From NCBI GenBank assembly GCA_017985985.1, contig JAGNWK010000003.1, forward strand, positions 11,865 to 75,864: DNA of 64,000 bases, read 5' to 3'. A program made the translations under genes and the position numbers. This stretch comes from Oligoflexales bacterium. Lineage in GTDB: Bacteria; Bdellovibrionota_B; Oligoflexia; Oligoflexales; Bog-1112. This document shows positions 1-8,236 of this stretch, piece by piece. How positions within the stretch are numbered: position 1 is the stretch's first letter; the number at the start of each line of letters is the position of its first letter. The notes beneath the pieces were generated by a model, which worked only from the letters and a program-made list of their open reading frames with translations, searched no databases and was not told the DNA's origin.

Positions 1-1405
1 GCTCCATGAAGCGATGCCCAAAAGGCTTCAGGGAATGAAGCTCTTCTGTCAACTCAAGACGAGCCAAATCAAGGGGGAGAGGACAGTCGTAAGAGATCAC
101 ACTGTCCCAAAGCTCTGGCTTTTGAGCTCGGAGTTCTCCTGCAAATTCTCCTATTTTTCTGCGCAAGAGCTCTTCGTTTTCTAGAGGAAAAGAGAAACCA
201 CCCGCTGCACTATGCCCCCCAAATTTTAAAAACAATTCACGGACTGAAGACATGGCGTCCGTCACATCGAAGCCGGGGATCGAACGAGCAGAGCCTTTGC
301 CAATACCACTGCCCTTTTGCTTTTGAAACAACCATACCGGCTTCCAAAATCGCTCTGCTATCTTACTGGCCGCAATGCCGACGACCCCCTGATGCCAAGC
401 CTCAGAGCCCAGAAAGAGTATAGGATCATCTGGATAAGCTAGGGCTTGCGCCTGAGCTTCCGTGACAATCTCTGCTTGAATCAACTTTCTTTTTTCGTTG
501 CACACACCCATGTAGCTGATCAGAATATCGGCAGCGGAGTCATCTTCTCCAATAAAAGCATCGATAACCTTATCTGCATGATCCAATCGACCGACTGCAT
601 TGATTCGTGGTCCCAGTCGAAAGCCAATATCCTTCTCGTCTACATGCTGCTCCAGGGACGAAGCCCGAAGCAGTTTTTTTAAGACAGGTCTTTGACTCTG
701 TGTAAGCGCATAAACGCCCTGCTGAGTGAGTTTGTGATTCACTCCCGTGAGTGGGACGACGTCGCAGAGCGTTGCCATTCCTGCTAAGGCCAAGAGGTCC
801 GTCCAAATAGCAGTTGGGGGGTTGAAGATTTTCCCCAATTTGCGCAATAAAACAAAGGTGATTCCACAACCACAAAGTTCTTGATAGTCGGGGTGTGGGT
901 GCAATTTAGGATTAAGGATAATGCAGTCAGGCATCTTCTCAGCCTGAATTTTGTGATGGTCGGTACAGATAAAGAGAACGCCCTGCTCCCGACACCAACG
1001 AGCTTCTTCGTTCGCTGTAATTCCCGTATCCATCGTGATGATGAGCTCGGCTTTTCGATCTCGAACCAAATGCTGAATAGCAGGGAGATTCACCCCATAA
1101 CCTTCTTTAAAACGATCGGGGATGTAGTGAAAAAAGTTATGATATCCAATCGCTCTTAAAAACCAAATCCAACTGACACAACTCATCGTGCCATCGACGT
1201 CATAGTCAGCATAAAGAGCGATCCTCTTGTTGCTTTGAATAGCAAGAGCTATAGCCTCAAGTGCTGCTTCTAAACCGTAATCACCATAGTCTAATTTAGA
1301 AACTGAGGAGAACTGTCTATTGGCATAAATAATATTACGAAGATTGGTAAAATTTTGGGGGGACTCTTGACTCAGAGCATTCCAGTGCTTGTATTTATGT
1401 CCCAT
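1..1405 (-). CDS. recJ: Single-stranded-DNA-specific exonuclease RecJ (3' end truncated by window edge)
   Basis: Hand translation of the minus strand. It is absent from the ORF track because the frame has no stop inside the window. Sequence: MGHKYKHWNAL...KRIALYADYDVDGTMSCVSW (DHH motif I), LIITMDTG, FICTDHHK (DHH), GFRLGPRINAVGRL, KFGGHSAAGG (DHHA1). The ATG at 1405 overlaps the xseB stop (ATGGGACATAA). Confidence 0.9.
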   Translation of the reverse strand, partial: MGHKYKHWNALSQESPQNFTNLRNIIYANRQFSSVSKLDYGDYGLEAALEAIALAIQSNKRIALYADYDVDGTMSCVSWIWFLRAIGYHNFFHYIPDRFKEGYGVNLPAIQHLVRDRKAELIITMDTGITANEEARWCREQGVLFICTDHHKIQAEKMPDCIILNPKLHPHPDYQELCGCGITFVLLRKLGKIFNPPTAIWTDLLALAGMATLCDVVPLTGVNHKLTQQGVYALTQSQRPVLKKLLRASSLEQHVDEKDIGFRLGPRINAVGRLDHADKVIDAFIGEDDSAADILISYMGVCNEKRKLIQAEIVTEAQAQALAYPDDPILFLGSEAWHQGVVGIAASKIAERFWKPVWLFQKQKGSGIGKGSARSIPGFDVTDAMSSVRELFLKFGGHSAAGGFSFPLENEELLRRKIGEFAGELRAQKPELWDSVISYDCPLPLDLARLELTEELHSLKPFGHRFME

Positions 1406-1625
1406 CTTTATTCTCAAGGTTCATTTTAGATTCGTAGGTGGTTTGAAGTTTTTCCACCTTATCTTTAACTTCATTGAGTCGCTCTTTCATCGCGCCAATG
1501 AGATTGTAGCCAGACTCGACTTTTTTAATCATTGAATCCAAATCTACATTTTGGGCAGAAAGCTCCGACAAAATTTTTTCTACTTCTTCAATCATCGTCT
1601 GATACGTTTTAGATTCTTTTTCCAT
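1395..1625 (-). CDS. xseB: Exodeoxyribonuclease VII small subunit
   Basis: 76-aa helical protein. The segment YQTMIEEVEKILSELSAQNVDLDSMIKKVESGYNLIGAMKERLNEVKDKV fits the XseB pattern, and it lies directly downstream of xseA. Confidence 0.85.
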   Translation of the reverse strand: MEKESKTYQTMIEEVEKILSELSAQNVDLDSMIKKVESGYNLIGAMKERLNEVKDKVEKLQTTYESKMNLENKDGT

Positions 1626-1686
1626 TTCTTTCTTTCTAGGGAACCAGCTGCGCAGTTTCCCTCACCCTCCTTGCAGGGCTTGAGAA

Positions 1687-3336
1687 TTACTCTTTTCCTT
1701 CCACCTTGAGGGACACCACACCATCTATCAAACGAGCTTGGAGACTGTCGCCTACTTCAAGCTGAGAAAGAACCTTCACGGGGCCTGCCTGATTCCAGAG
1801 CTGTGTCCAGCCCTGACGAATCCAGGGCCTAGGATCATGGCTAGAAAGCTGCCCCTCTATCTTCATAATGTGATTTTTCTGCTGAGCCACTTGCATAGAG
1901 GCAAGGTAGACCAATCGATCACTAAGTTTATTGAGATAAGCTGCAGGCTTTTCCAAAGAGGTCAGACCCCTCAACCTCGCCATCAGAAGGGCCTGCCTAT
2001 CCATAAGCTCGTTGTATTTTCTCTTTAGGAGTCGAGCAAATAGGACCTGAGCATCATCCAGCCTCTTATGAACAGCGACAAAGCTCTCTGTGATGAAATC
2101 AGCGGCGGCTGTTGGTGTCTTGCGTCGTTCAAAGGCGATTTCCTCTGCTATACAAAAATCATCATGGTGCCCAATAGCTGCAAGAATAGGGATCCGACAA
2201 GCTGCGATGGTATACGCGATCTCGGAAGAATCAAACCAGCGTAGGTCCGCAGCACTCCCACCACCCCTAGTGAGAACAATCAAGTCGCAGGCTTCTTGCT
2301 CCAGCATAAGAATCGCGTTTCGGACTTCTCCTGGACACTTATCGCCCTGCATGGCGGCATGTACGTAGATAATTTCCCCACAGAAATGTCGTTCCTGAAG
2401 CTGATGTTGAAAATCGCTAAGAGCCCTCGATCCATCGGCGCTAATCAAACCAATTCGAAAGAGGAAAGACGGCAATTTCAGCGACTTATTGGCAGTAGCT
2501 AGACCTTTCTTCCTCAGATCGGCCAAAAGCTGTTCCCGAGCCAAAGCTAAAGCACCCTTGGTATAGCGGAGATCCAGGTCCTGAACAGCGAGAGAAAGCG
2601 TACCTCGTCGGCGATAGAAGTTCACCTGACAGAGGACCTTCACCTTCATTCCATCTTGCAGAACCCCAGCCAAGGCTGGTTCCCCATATTTTTTAAGGAG
2701 TTTCTTAAAAACATCTCGCCAAAGGACACAAGAGACAGATAAACTACTGCCCTCGACACCACGACTATCTGGCTCCGAGAGGTCGAAATAAAGTGTTCCG
2801 CGAGCACCCTTATCCTGGACGTTTTGCAGCTCGCCAAATATCCAAAGAGGGATAGGAAAAGTTGAGGAGAAGACCCCCTCACAAATTTGCATAAGCTCTG
2901 AAACACCTAAGGCTTTTTCTTTCTCTGTATCACGATCGTCCTGAGTTCCTCGCTCCAACTGTGCAACAACAGGTCCCTCTACGGCTAAGATCTCGCTGAA
3001 CTTTGTAGAAGAAAAGGTTTGGGGTGAAGAAAATTCGAGGGCGCGAGATGAGTCAAGTCCTGCAGGAATACCCGGTCCGGGGCGCTCTGGACTAAGGAGT
3101 GGAGTAAGGGGGCTGTCACTCGCACCCTCCATCATGGCCATCAGAGGGCTGGGTCCTCCGCTGTTTTGTTTACAAAGCAGATCCACTCTGGAAAGATTCT
3201 CCTGCGAAAAGGGGAGTTTCCAGACCTTACGGTCACCCACAAACTGGCCCCCAAGGGCCTTGATAGCGGCTCGATGAGTGTAGGTCTGACCAGTTAAGGT
3301 GATAAAATTTTCGTTGTATCTATAGTATAGGCTCAT
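1687..3336 (-). CDS. xseA: Exodeoxyribonuclease VII large subunit with ~150-aa N-terminal extension
   Basis: OB-fold region LWIFGELQNV...GTLYFDL. Catalytic core IGLISADGSRALSDF, LIVLTRGGGSAADLRWFD, PILAAIGHHDD. At 549 aa it is about 100-150 aa longer than typical XseA. Confidence 0.9.
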   Translation of the reverse strand: MSLYYRYNENFITLTGQTYTHRAAIKALGGQFVGDRKVWKLPFSQENLSRVDLLCKQNSGGPSPLMAMMEGASDSPLTPLLSPERPGPGIPAGLDSSRALEFSSPQTFSSTKFSEILAVEGPVVAQLERGTQDDRDTEKEKALGVSELMQICEGVFSSTFPIPLWIFGELQNVQDKGARGTLYFDLSEPDSRGVEGSSLSVSCVLWRDVFKKLLKKYGEPALAGVLQDGMKVKVLCQVNFYRRRGTLSLAVQDLDLRYTKGALALAREQLLADLRKKGLATANKSLKLPSFLFRIGLISADGSRALSDFQHQLQERHFCGEIIYVHAAMQGDKCPGEVRNAILMLEQEACDLIVLTRGGGSAADLRWFDSSEIAYTIAACRIPILAAIGHHDDFCIAEEIAFERRKTPTAAADFITESFVAVHKRLDDAQVLFARLLKRKYNELMDRQALLMARLRGLTSLEKPAAYLNKLSDRLVYLASMQVAQQKNHIMKIEGQLSSHDPRPWIRQGWTQLWNQAGPVKVLSQLEVGDSLQARLIDGVVSLKVEGKE

Positions 3337-3376
3337 AACAAGTTTGTTAGCATATCAAGTTACCGAGAGAAAGCCC

Positions 3377-5260
3377 ATGAAACAAAGAGATGATGTCCGC
3401 AATTTTTGTATTATCGCCCACGTCGATCACGGCAAGACCACCCTCATCGACTTTCTCCTGAGACAGTCTGGGCTTTTCGCCAGCCATGAGAAAACGACCG
3501 ATAGGATGATGGACTCCAACGATATCGAACGAGAACGGGGGATTACCATTCAGGCCAAGAATGCCTCCATCCACTACAAGGGTAAACGTTTAAATATTAT
3601 CGACACGCCAGGCCATGCTGACTTCGGTGGAGAGGTCGAACGGATTATGGGAGCTGTCGATGGCGCCGTACTCCTGGTCGACGCTGTAGAGGGCCCTCTT
3701 CCACAAACCAGGTTTGTACTCGAGAAAGCCTTGGCTCGCGGTCACTCAATCATCCTTTGTATCAACAAAGTCGACCGTTCTGAACTTTTAGATGAAGGGA
3801 TTGCCAGAATTCAGGAAGTCGTCAACGCAACCTTCGATCTCTTCGTCGACTTAAAAGCTACCGAAAAGCAGTGCGACTTCCCCATCGTTTACGCCTGTGC
3901 CCGTAAAGGTTGGTGCACGACAAGCTTCAGTGAAGTCGACGATCTCAGGACGGGGAAAAAACAGGGAACTCTCCAACCCCTCTTCGACCTTTTTATCGAC
4001 TACCTTCCTCCTCCTTCTTACGACGATGAGGAAAAAGCTTTCTCCATGCAGATTTTTAATCTTGCCTGGTCGGATTACTTAGGTCGCCTAGCTCTCGGAC
4101 GAGTTCACTCTGGAACTGTGAAAGCTAATCAAAACCTCTTCTGCCTCGGTCTCAACGAGACAACAAAACAAGCTAAAACGCTCTCTTTCTCAAGTCAGAA
4201 AGTCATGGGCTACGACGGTCTCAAACCGATCGATATTGACCTCCTAAAGCAAGGTGACATCGGGATCCTCGCTGGCTGCACCGACGTAACCATCGGGGAT
4301 ACGATCAGCAGCTCAGCGCAGTTTACACCGTTTGAACGCATTTATGTTGAACCACCAACCCTCAAAATGACGTTTACCATCAATACCTCCCCAAACTCTG
4401 GTCAAGAAGGCGACGCCATCCAATCCCGAAAACTCAAAGAGAGACTGCTCCGGGAATGTCAGAACAACGTTGCTCTACGCTTCGAAGATGGGGTTACCGC
4501 TGAGCAGTTCTATCTCTTCGGCCGGGGCGAGCTCCAATTCGCTGTTCTCATCGAAACGATGCGCCGAGAAGGTCTCGAATTTATGGTAGGCCGACCCGAG
4601 GTCGTCATGAAAAAGAGCGAGGACGGCAAAACTCTAGAACCTGTTGAGGTCGCCCTACTCGATGTACCCAAAAAATTCTCCGGCGAAATCACAGAAATGT
4701 TCCAAGGGAGAAAAGGGATTTTGACCAACTACGAAGAAGTTGGAAATGAAAGAGTCCGACTTTCCTTTGAAATCCCTTCTCGAGGCATTTTGGGGATACG
4801 CAGTCGCTTTATGACCATCACAAGGGGTGAGGGGCTCTTTTCATCTCAACTCAAAGGTTATGAAGATCATAGAGGGGGGATGCTCTCTCGCTTATCTGGA
4901 ACTCTCATTTCAGATAGGGGCGGCAAAACGACAGACTATGCTCTTGAAACGCTCGAGGAACGTGGGGTTCTCTTTATCCGACCTGGTACAGAGGTCTACG
5001 AAGGTATGGTCATCGGGGAATGCAGTCGCGAAAACGACATGAACGTAAACCCAGTGAAACCTAAAAAGCTGACCAACGTCAGAAAGACTTCATCGGATGG
5101 GATCGTTATCCTTGCTGGTATCCGTGAGATGAGCCTCGAACGATCTATTGAATGGATCGATGACGATGAGTGGATCGAATGCACCCCGAAAAGTGTCCGC
5201 ATCCGTAAAAAAATCTTGGATGGAACCAAGCGAAGCGTCGTACGTAGATCTCGGGACTAG
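3377..5260 (+). CDS. typA: Translational GTPase TypA/BipA
   Basis: NFCIIAHVDHGKTTL (G1), DTPGHADFGGE (G3), NKVDR (G4), and a BipA-type C-terminal domain. The track ORF starts at TTG 3344; ATG 3377 (MKQRDDVRNF) is more likely. Confidence 0.92.
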   Translation: MKQRDDVRNFCIIAHVDHGKTTLIDFLLRQSGLFASHEKTTDRMMDSNDIERERGITIQAKNASIHYKGKRLNIIDTPGHADFGGEVERIMGAVDGAVLLVDAVEGPLPQTRFVLEKALARGHSIILCINKVDRSELLDEGIARIQEVVNATFDLFVDLKATEKQCDFPIVYACARKGWCTTSFSEVDDLRTGKKQGTLQPLFDLFIDYLPPPSYDDEEKAFSMQIFNLAWSDYLGRLALGRVHSGTVKANQNLFCLGLNETTKQAKTLSFSSQKVMGYDGLKPIDIDLLKQGDIGILAGCTDVTIGDTISSSAQFTPFERIYVEPPTLKMTFTINTSPNSGQEGDAIQSRKLKERLLRECQNNVALRFEDGVTAEQFYLFGRGELQFAVLIETMRREGLEFMVGRPEVVMKKSEDGKTLEPVEVALLDVPKKFSGEITEMFQGRKGILTNYEEVGNERVRLSFEIPSRGILGIRSRFMTITRGEGLFSSQLKGYEDHRGGMLSRLSGTLISDRGGKTTDYALETLEERGVLFIRPGTEVYEGMVIGECSRENDMNVNPVKPKKLTNVRKTSSDGIVILAGIREMSLERSIEWIDDDEWIECTPKSVRIRKKILDGTKRSVVRRSRD

Positions 5261-5280
5261 CCTTCTCCTCCCCCAGGGGG

Positions 5281-5445
5281 AACAATGTCATTCGGTTAAG
5301 AGGAATTTCTTAATCGTCTGTACTATTTTAACTCGATACCTCTCGACTTCGCTCGAGGTGACGGGGCTTTAACTAGTGGGGAGAACGTCACCCCGAGCCC
5401 ATTCGACTTCGCTCAGAGCAGGCTCCGTCGAGGGGTATCTTGCCA
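5281..5445. repeat. Composite intergenic repeat (GAGCGAAGTCGA-type plus ~80-bp unit shared with 47034-47113)
   Basis: The reverse complement of 5281-5362 aligns by eye at ~75% to 47034-47113 (TCGAGCGAAGTCGAGAGGTATCGAGTTAAAA...GACATTG). 5385-5440 carries a GTCACCCCGAG...TTCGACTTCGCTC motif related to 19240/21241. Confidence 0.75.
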
Positions 5446-5453
5446 AACTTCAT

Positions 5454-6374
5454 CTAGCCTTTTAGTAAACTAAGAGCAATCTGTGGCTGTGCGTTAGCTG
5501 TTGCCAGAATCGACGTACCAGCCTGTTGCAATATGCTAGCCTTTGTAAGATTGGCCGTCTCTGTCGCAAAGTCTGTATCACGAATTCGACTTTGTGCTTC
5601 ACTGAGGTTCTCACTCTGAGTTCCCAAGTTTGATATCGTCGAGCCAAGCCTGTTCTGCAGGGAACCGAGATAAGCTCGGTCACTAGAAACCTTCGTGATG
5701 GCATTATCCAAGACAGAAATACTCTGCTGAGCTAGTTCCTTCCTGTTCACTCGAGTCCCTTCCTCAGCCTTTCCGATACCTAAAGAGCTATCTCCGTCGG
5801 TGAAGGTATTGAGTCGAGAAAGATCCATCCTGATAACGTTCAGTGGGTTGGTGGCTTTTGGGCCATCCATATTACGGTAATAATCTTTACCAACCTGTAT
5901 TTCCAGTGGTGGTTTATTGGCTCGAGATGCAGCCTCTTTGAAGACTGGGTTGGAGCCGATTAACAGATAAGTTCCGTTGAACTCCGTCGATCCGGCAATA
6001 CGATCAATCTCATTTTTTAATTGGACAAACTCCATGTCCAAGTATTCACGCTCTTTGTTTCCGATCGTATCAGAGGCTCCTTGAACCGCTAGCTCTCGGA
6101 GTCGTATAAGCATATTGCCAGCTTCATTGAGCCCCCCTTCTGCTGTCTGGACAAGGGAGACCCCATCCATCGCATTCCTTTTCGCCATGGCGAGAGAACG
6201 AAGATCTGCTCGCAAATTTTCAGACACAGCCAGTCCTGCAGCATCATCTGCTGATCGATTGATTCTGGATCCTGACGAAATTTTCGTCATGGAGTCCTTC
6301 AAGGCTTCTGTCGATCTAGCCAGATTGTTTTGCGCATTGAGAGACGTCGTGTTTGTTCTTATACGTAAACCCAT
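5454..6374 (-). CDS. fliC: Flagellin
   Basis: N-terminus MGLRIRTNTTSLNAQNNL...SSGSRINRSADDAAGLAVSE and C-terminus SRIRDTDFATETANLTKASILQQAGTSILATANAQPQ are the canonical flagellin D0/D1 segments. Confidence 0.93.
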   Translation of the reverse strand: MGLRIRTNTTSLNAQNNLARSTEALKDSMTKISSGSRINRSADDAAGLAVSENLRADLRSLAMAKRNAMDGVSLVQTAEGGLNEAGNMLIRLRELAVQGASDTIGNKEREYLDMEFVQLKNEIDRIAGSTEFNGTYLLIGSNPVFKEAASRANKPPLEIQVGKDYYRNMDGPKATNPLNVIRMDLSRLNTFTDGDSSLGIGKAEEGTRVNRKELAQQSISVLDNAITKVSSDRAYLGSLQNRLGSTISNLGTQSENLSEAQSRIRDTDFATETANLTKASILQQAGTSILATANAQPQIALSLLKG

Positions 6375-6474
6375 GACTCTGTGACCTCCGTGTCATCATC
6401 CTAGTCACAATCTTTTCACTTTTTTCCTATGAAAAGATTACCTATAAAAAATTTTCTGTGACATGTTGAAAGGG

Positions 6475-6500
6475 CTATCGACAGCGACCTGAGAAGCTTA
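6475..6500 (-). promoter_or_regulatory. Candidate sigma-28 (FliA) promoter for flagellin
   Basis: The minus strand reads TAAG-N14-GTCGATAG, compared with the consensus TAAA-N15-GCCGATAA. It lies about 100 nt upstream of the fliC ATG. Confidence 0.4.
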
Positions 6501-6630
6501 AGTGATCATTGAGATATTTTTTTTAATAGGCAGAAATGACAGGGTATTTTTTGCTGAATAAAAATCACCCAGGCAAAAAATACCGCTGCTGAGGAGCAGT
6601 TGTAAGCAAACTGCGGTGCAAATACAGGCT

Positions 6631-7209
6631 CTAGAACAGCTGTTCTGCATAATCCCAATTGACAAGATTCCAGAAAGCCTCGAGATATTTAGGGCGAAGA
6701 TTACGATAATCTATGTAATAGGCGTGCTCCCAAACATCACAAGTGAGCAGTGCTTTCTGATGTTTATTGAGAGGACAACCTGCATTACTTTCTTTAGTAA
6801 TCTCTAGTTTTCCTGCTGAATTTACGACAAGAAAAGCCCAACCTGCACCGAACAATGTCTGAGCAGCATTGCTGAACTCTTCTTTAAATTTTTCAAAAGA
6901 ACCGAAGCGCTCATGGATAGCATCTGCAAGAGCACCTTTGGGTTTCCCTCCTCCCTTTGGCGACAAGCAATTCCAATAGAACGTATGGTTCCATATTTGA
7001 GCTGCATTGTTAAAAATAGGCCCCTCTGACTTCATGATGATGTCTTCTAAACTTGCTTTTGAAAAGGACGCATGATCTTTGATCAAATTGTTTAGGTTCA
7101 CAACATAGGCATTGTGATGCTTGCCATAGTGATACTCGAGAGTCTCTTTTGAAAGATGAGGTTGCAAAGCATCCAAGGCGTAAGGAAGTGGAGGAAGAGT
7201 GATCGTCAT
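6631..7209 (-). CDS. sodB: Superoxide dismutase, Fe-type
   Basis: LPPLPYALDALQPHLSKETLEYHYGKHH, AAQIWNHTFYWNCL, DVWEHAYYIDY. ATG 7209 has a GGAG 8 nt upstream; the track start 7221 is less likely. Confidence 0.92.
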   Translation of the reverse strand: MTITLPPLPYALDALQPHLSKETLEYHYGKHHNAYVVNLNNLIKDHASFSKASLEDIIMKSEGPIFNNAAQIWNHTFYWNCLSPKGGGKPKGALADAIHERFGSFEKFKEEFSNAAQTLFGAGWAFLVVNSAGKLEITKESNAGCPLNKHQKALLTCDVWEHAYYIDYRNLRPKYLEAFWNLVNWDYAEQLF

Positions 7210-7228
7210 AAAATTCTCCATTTTTAAT

Positions 7229-7386
7229 GACTGCTATTACGTATGAGATCACCTGACCGCCTATCGGCCTCGTTCCTCGGCCTTCGGCGTGGTGATGACA
7301 AACACGAGGGAAACAAGGCGGTTCTTGTCATCACCACGCCGAAGTGAAACGAAGGCGGTCAGGTGATCTCATGCGTAACAGCAGTC
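7229..7386. repeat. 158-bp nested palindromic element
   Basis: The outer 33-bp arms are 7229-7261 and 7354-7386 (2 mismatches). The inner 16-bp perfect arms GGCGTGGTGATGACAA / TTGTCATCACCACGCC are 7285-7300 and 7325-7340. Confidence 0.9.
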
Positions 7387-7431
7387 AATGCGTTCTACAA
7401 GAGTCAGGCTAGTGTTAAAGCTTAATCGGGG

Positions 7432-8220
7432 CTAGTACAACAGAAAAGTCCGTATGATCACTCTCAAGCCTACAAAAATAAGAAGGGAGATAAAAGCAAG
7501 AACGAGAGCCGCGGGACTAAAGTACTTCGAAACCTTTGCCCCCATCTGTCCTCCCCCTAGAGCTCCCACGGCCAGGTAGATCAAAAGTCCGGTCTGCCCC
7601 TGATAAGACCCAGCCCAAAGATGCGTTAAGAAAGTCACGAAACTTGTGCAAGCTAGGACGAACTGAGAGTTTGCCGTAGCTCGATGAATCGGATAACGCA
7701 GAATGAGCATCATAGCAGGAACAAAGATAATACCCCCTCCTATGCCGAGAAGACTGGAGATAAATCCAACAAAGCAGCTGGCCCCCATCATCAGAACAAA
7801 AGCCCGATGAGTATCCCTATCTGTCAGCTCGGTTTTAATGGAATTCTTTGTAAAAAAAACTTTCCAAGCCAGAATGCCAGCCAGAAAAAAAAGCCATAAT
7901 CCAAAAACCCTTTCAAACCAAAGACGAGAAATGAGATCTATGCAGAAGACGCCAAGGAGGGATCCCGGAAAAGCCGCCACAGCTAAGAGACCCGAGCGCT
8001 TATAAGAAATTTTCTTCGTCAGGCCGTAGACAAGACTCCCTGAGAAGGAATTGCAAAAAACCACGGCTATCGATATAGCGGTAATCTGCAAGGCTGATTT
8101 TTCTGGGAAAAGGGAGAGGAGCAAGGGAATGAGGATAAATCCACCACCAGCACCGACGAGAGTTCCCATCAAGGCGGCTACAAAACCTATGGCAATATAA
8201 AGAAGGTCGGGGGCGCTCAT
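7432..8220 (-). CDS. TauE/SafE (TSUP) family anion exporter
   Basis: Polytopic membrane protein with duplicated glycine motifs GTLVGAGGGFILIPLLL and LLGIGGGIIFVPAMM. The likely start is MSAPDLLY (8220) rather than the track start 8415, which would overlap mfd. Confidence 0.8.
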   Translation of the reverse strand: MSAPDLLYIAIGFVAALMGTLVGAGGGFILIPLLLSLFPEKSALQITAISIAVVFCNSFSGSLVYGLTKKISYKRSGLLAVAAFPGSLLGVFCIDLISRLWFERVFGLWLFFLAGILAWKVFFTKNSIKTELTDRDTHRAFVLMMGASCFVGFISSLLGIGGGIIFVPAMMLILRYPIHRATANSQFVLACTSFVTFLTHLWAGSYQGQTGLLIYLAVGALGGGQMGAKVSKYFSPAALVLAFISLLIFVGLRVIIRTFLLY

Positions 8221-8236
8221 CCCATCATGATATATC

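Noticed and set aside
446-1159. Track ORFs 446..682(+), 570..875(-), 881..1159(+)
   Set aside because: All lie within, or out of frame or antisense to, the continuous RecJ reading frame that I translated on the minus strand (1..1405). Their sequences are low-complexity and have no motifs.
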